NCBI RefSeq assembly: GCF_009914755.1
Contig: NC_060935.1
Direction: 5' to 3' (one strand)
Source: the human T2T-CHM13v2.0 reference genome, Homo sapiens
Length of the DNA stretch: 64,000 nucleotides
Part shown: positions 59,361 through 64,000 of the stretch, in pieces
Numbering within the stretch: the first letter of the stretch is position 1
Layout of the letters: each line of letters begins with the position of its first letter
Translations under genes and position numbers: made by a program
The notes under the pieces: generated by a model
What the model was told of the DNA's origin: nothing
What the model saw: only the letters and a program-made list of their open reading frames with translations
The model's database searches: none

Positions 59361-62177
59361 AAGTAATCAAGCTGAGCCATCTCCTCTTTTGATGAACTAC
59401 GGAGGAAAATGTTCAATAGTCGATGTAAATATTACTTAAATATCTCATGGTAAAAAAAAGTCCTTCTGATAAGTAAGTAGCTGAATTAGATGAAACCACC
59501 AAGGATTATTTGAGTTTCAAACTGGTTAGAATTGCATTCCGTTGAAGTTGTTCTCACTTAATTATATTACAGATCCAGCAACTGAGCAATGTTTGATAAT
59601 TACACGTCTTGAAGTAATCTTATTTGGGTTAAATCTGCTTGGATTTATATTAGTCAACACTTCCCCTTTGTTTTTAATTTTTTACAAACAGCCTGAAGTG
59701 TCTGAAGTGCTCAATGCAGACTCAAAAACCAATAATTCTTTATTGCATTTGTGGAGCAAGTGTCATGTTAACACTCCAGCATTCTCACTATAGAGGAAAA
59801 TGCCTGTTAAAGTACTCACTTATTTACATGTGCTAAATGTTTCTCATTGTTGGTTCTTGAACAAAGTTTACTATTATTTTCCACAGTTATTACTACAAAT
59901 TTTCTAAACAAAGTTAGTTATATCTACTTCCATACATCCTGGTAAGGAAATGATGGTTGGTGATAAATAGCCTGGAAAAAAATAAAGCTTGAGAACAACC
60001 TAAAAAGGACTAAAAAAGAGTATTTCATTTGGTTTCTAAAAAAAATATGAATGAACAGGATACATTACTAGTATATGGCTTTTCAGCATAATAGTGAAGC
60101 ATGTCTTAAAAGTGACATGAGACTGAAACAAAAAGGCTGTTTGAATTTATGAACATATAAACCAGTAAAACTCCTAGACAAGAGAGTATAACTCTTGATG
60201 GTGGCAAACTTTACCTTCTATACATAGTAAAAAAAACCTTATTTGTTGGAAAAACTACTTCTGATAAAGAACTTGGAGGATTCTAGCATGACAATGTGAG
60301 GACCTCTGCTGACTCACTCTACAATCGAACTGGTGAAAATACACACACACACGCACGCACACACACACGTCTCTAGAAATGGTCATTAAAAGAAATAACA
60401 AATGAAGAAACACTGATTCATGAAAATTTTTGAAAACGTGGTGTAAAAGAGATAGATTGGTATTTGAACCAAGACTACTGTCCCTACCCGGCAACAATCC
60501 TGTGTTATGTTTCCTTAGGGCTTAGTTGGGAACCCAGCTCTCTTTATAAGTAAAATTAAATCATGCTATTATGGCTTGGTTATACAATCCAAGTAAGACT
60601 AACATTTTAACAAGGATTTTAAAAACAAAAAGCAAGGTATTATGTTGGAACTAGGAATATTCCTATAACTTTAACAGAATAAAAGTTTTAAAGAACCTGG
60701 GCATTGAGGATTCCTGCAAATGCACTGCATAAAGTACATTTAACAATTTAAAATAATTTAATTTTAGGTTGAAATCTGAATAAGCCCAAATATATGAATC
60801 TTTCTATTTTGTCTAAGCTGTACTATACTGAACCAGGGGAATAAAAGCAAGAAAAAAAATCTGATTTCAGTAAATTTTCAAATTTCCTTTAAAGCAGTAT
60901 TAACTCTAAAGGACCTAGGAAAGACATTTGTATTATGGTTAACTTTAGATATATGGATGGTTGATAGCTTGATAGACCTTACCAACTCCGAATCAAGAGA
61001 GTTTTATTTTCATTTCTTATAGCTGACATCCTAAGGAACATTATCTTTTGAGGGCACAATCTTTCACTTGCATCCTCTATGGTAATGCACCTAAATCTGG
61101 ATCCAAGGTAAGACCTAGTATATTACTGGTGTTCAATTATCTGTTTCGGTGAATTGTTAGCTCTAGTAGCTATCATAAAACAATTTTCTTGTACTTTTTT
61201 TATGCCTAATAATTGACTCAATTATTTTAAATAGTCATGTAAAGAAATAAGCAACCCACTACATTTGTCTGTGCTTGTTTGCTCCAGTAATCATCAACAG
61301 AGAAAATAAAAATTAAAATAATTTGTAGAACTTGCTTTTCTCTTGGTAGAAAAATATTCAATATGTAACTGATAATTGAAATGAGAGACATTTGTTTACT
61401 CCTAATATACTTTGGTATATTACAGCTGAAATGAACCCTGTAATCATTTACAAATATTTTAGTATTCATCAAAATGTGTTACATATACAGATAAAACTTT
61501 TGTCTCACTTGTAATAAATTCTCCTTGAATCCCAAAGCGCTGATATCCATGCTTTTGAGTTATTGTTAAGGAAATTGAGTAGGAATTTAATTTGCCTGAT
61601 AAGTGATCACTTCTTGCTGAAACAGCATTGTATCACCAAGGATAAAATGAATCCTATTAAAACAAGGCAAGACCAAGCTGTAAAAAAAAAATTTGGGAGT
61701 TTTGAGATGAAAATACTCACTGTATTTTGCCAGTGTATTGGCATCCATCATAAGTACATAATTTCTGCCAGTTAGTAATTTTGTATAAAACAGATGACAG
61801 AACAGTTCTCTTCATTGAAATGTAGGAAGTGTTTCATTGTTTGCATCTCTATGGTGTCAGATATTAGCTTTAGCTTATAACATATGCTCTCATTGCAGAG
61901 TTTATTAGATTCTCCTAGGTAGAATTACAAGAGCAAATATAACAGGCTTTGTTCTGATTTTCCCATATCCTTAAGGTCTATTATTTTGCAATATTTTGAC
62001 ATTTGAAAAAAAATTCCTCTGGCAAATACTTAAATTGAATTTCTTAAGAATTTTTTATTCAAAATGTTTCTTAATGCTGTGAATGAAAAGCTTGGCTCTA
62101 TGTGTGTGTGCGTGTGAGTCTGTGCATGCATATATATGTGTGCTTGCATATGTATACTGAAGGGCATATGTGATATA

Positions 62178-62630
62178 TGTACTGAATTAGCCAACATTTT
62201 CCAGAGAAACAGAACCTATATATAGACAGATGATAGATGATAGATAGATAAATAGATGACAGATAGATATAGCTATAGATGTGGATATAGATATAGATAG
62301 ATATATAATCTGAAGACAGAGGAAAGCCAGTGGCGTGATTCAGTCAGTCTGAACATATGAGAACCAGGAGCAGCAATGTGCAAGGGTGGGCAAAAGAAGA
62401 TGGATTTCTCAAGCACAAACAGGAAGCAAACTTGCCCTTTCTCCACCTTTTGTTCTATTCAGGCCCTCAAGGAATTGGAAGATGCATACTTCGAGTGACT
62501 TTCTTCACTCAATCCACTCAAGTGCTGATCTCATCCAGTAACATCCTCATTGACACACCCCAAAATAATGTTTTACCAGCTATCTGGGCATCCATTAGCC
62601 CAGTCAGGATGACACATACAATTAACCATG
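62178..62630 (-). mobile_element. MLT2-type ERVL LTR containing (GATA)n
   Basis: ccagagaaacagaacc...cccagtcaggatgacacatacaattaaccat. Confidence 0.82.
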
Positions 62631-63454
62631 GCATGCATCCGTGCACATATGTTGGTGTAGATGAGTGGTTAGGAAACAAAAGTGTTGAAAAATTTATATT
62701 GTGGATATTCTCTTACATTTAGCACTATTTTATCTAAAATGTTTGGATAATCAATTGACTAAAAAAGATAAAACTGGGAAAAAATAAATGAGCATATAAG
62801 AGAAAACAATAATGAATCAATTATATGTGAGTTTTTCAGATGTCTCCCCTCATCTTTCATTTCCTTTTCAAATGAATAAATTAAAAGCTTCCAAAATAGC
62901 AGTCGAATAATTTTAGGTGTAAATAAACTTGGAAGATTTCTGCAGTTCCATACAATTGTTTTACTAATACGTTAAAGGATTCACAGTGAAATAATTAAGA
63001 CTAAATAACAAGGATAAAATTTTACCTTAAAGAACATATTTTTGGCCCAAGTACGATGGGCCACAGCTCTTTACAAATTAGAATTTAAGAGTTAAAGTGC
63101 TAAATTTTGTTGGTGCAATTTATTAGGTACTAATGGAAATATCATGCTTATGTAAAAATAATGAATTAAGATTGTTATTTACAGGTACTTAAAAGTATAT
63201 CTGTTTGATGATGTATTCTTAGACATATATAAATATTTATACAAATGCATGTATAACAAAAATTGTGATAAGTACAAGGATAAAAATATTGCTTAATTTG
63301 CACTGGGGATTTGGGGAGATTCCTCTGAGTGATAATATTTAAATTTTGATGAGAATCAAATGTAGGAATTAGCTAGGTGAACAGTAAGACAGAGTGTCTC
63401 AGGGAGAAACAATATTATGTACTCAGGCCTCAAAGCAGAAGGCAATATGTTGCT

Positions 63455-63935
63455 CTTGCCTTTTCCAGAATGTTGTAGAGTTGGAACAGTATGTAGGGTT
63501 TTTAAATTGTCCTCTTTTACTTAGTAATATGCATTTAAGTTTCTACCCTGTCTTTTCTTGTCATAACAGCGCATTTTTTTAGCACTGAATAATATTTTGT
63601 TGTCTGGATGTAGCACATTTTATTTATTCCTTCACCTATGGAAGGACATCTTGGTTGCAAGTTTTAGCAATTATGAAAAAGGAGCTATTAGTATCTGTGT
63701 ATGGGTTTTATATGGACATATGAACTCAACTCCTTTGAGTAAATATCAAGGAACATGAATACTGGATAATATGGTTAGAGTATGTTTTGTTCTATATGAA
63801 ACTGCCAAACTGTCTTTTTTTTTTTTTAGTTTTGCATTCCAACCAGCAATGACTGGGAGTTTCTGTTGCTCCACATGCTCGTCAGCAATTGTTATTGTCA
63901 GTATTCTGGAGTTTAGCCATTCCAGTGTCTCATCG
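63455..63935 (-). mobile_element. Old L1M 3' fragment
   Basis: gaaggacatcttggttgc...cattccaaccagcaatg. Confidence 0.75.
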
Positions 63936-64000
63936 TTTTACCTCTACTTTTTGTATACAGCTTTAATGCTCTCCCTAAGAAACACAATATAATACCTAAT

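Noticed and set aside
59587-59642. About 55-bp L1-like sliver
   Set aside because: Too short to assign without alignment

Overview
Gene-free, AT-rich, repeat-dense primate (probably human/great-ape) genomic DNA. No host protein-coding gene is supported: the longer ORFs are L1, Alu or ERV remnants. Main content: a 5'-truncated HERV-I (LTR10F-like) provirus (6371-9544, minus strand); an internally deleted ERV9/LTR12 provirus with both LTRs and a TATG target duplication (31267-37218, minus strand); a structurally complex young L1PA2-like insertion (47008-49919); large old L1M blocks; about 18 Alu/FLAM elements; and several solo LTRs and DNA-transposon MITEs. The most unusual features seen directly are local copy events: a 488-bp segment copied into the HERV-I env, a 32-bp exact dispersed copy, two fold-back hairpins in ERV9, a scrambled L1 5' junction and a doubled L1 3' end. 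Also notable are a ~100-nt pri-miRNA-like hairpin at 4100-4200 and tandem arrays in the ERVs. Repeat subfamily names come from recalled consensus sequences, not a database search, and the boundaries of old repeats are approximate. I found no well-supported new biological system; the best leads are listed as findings.
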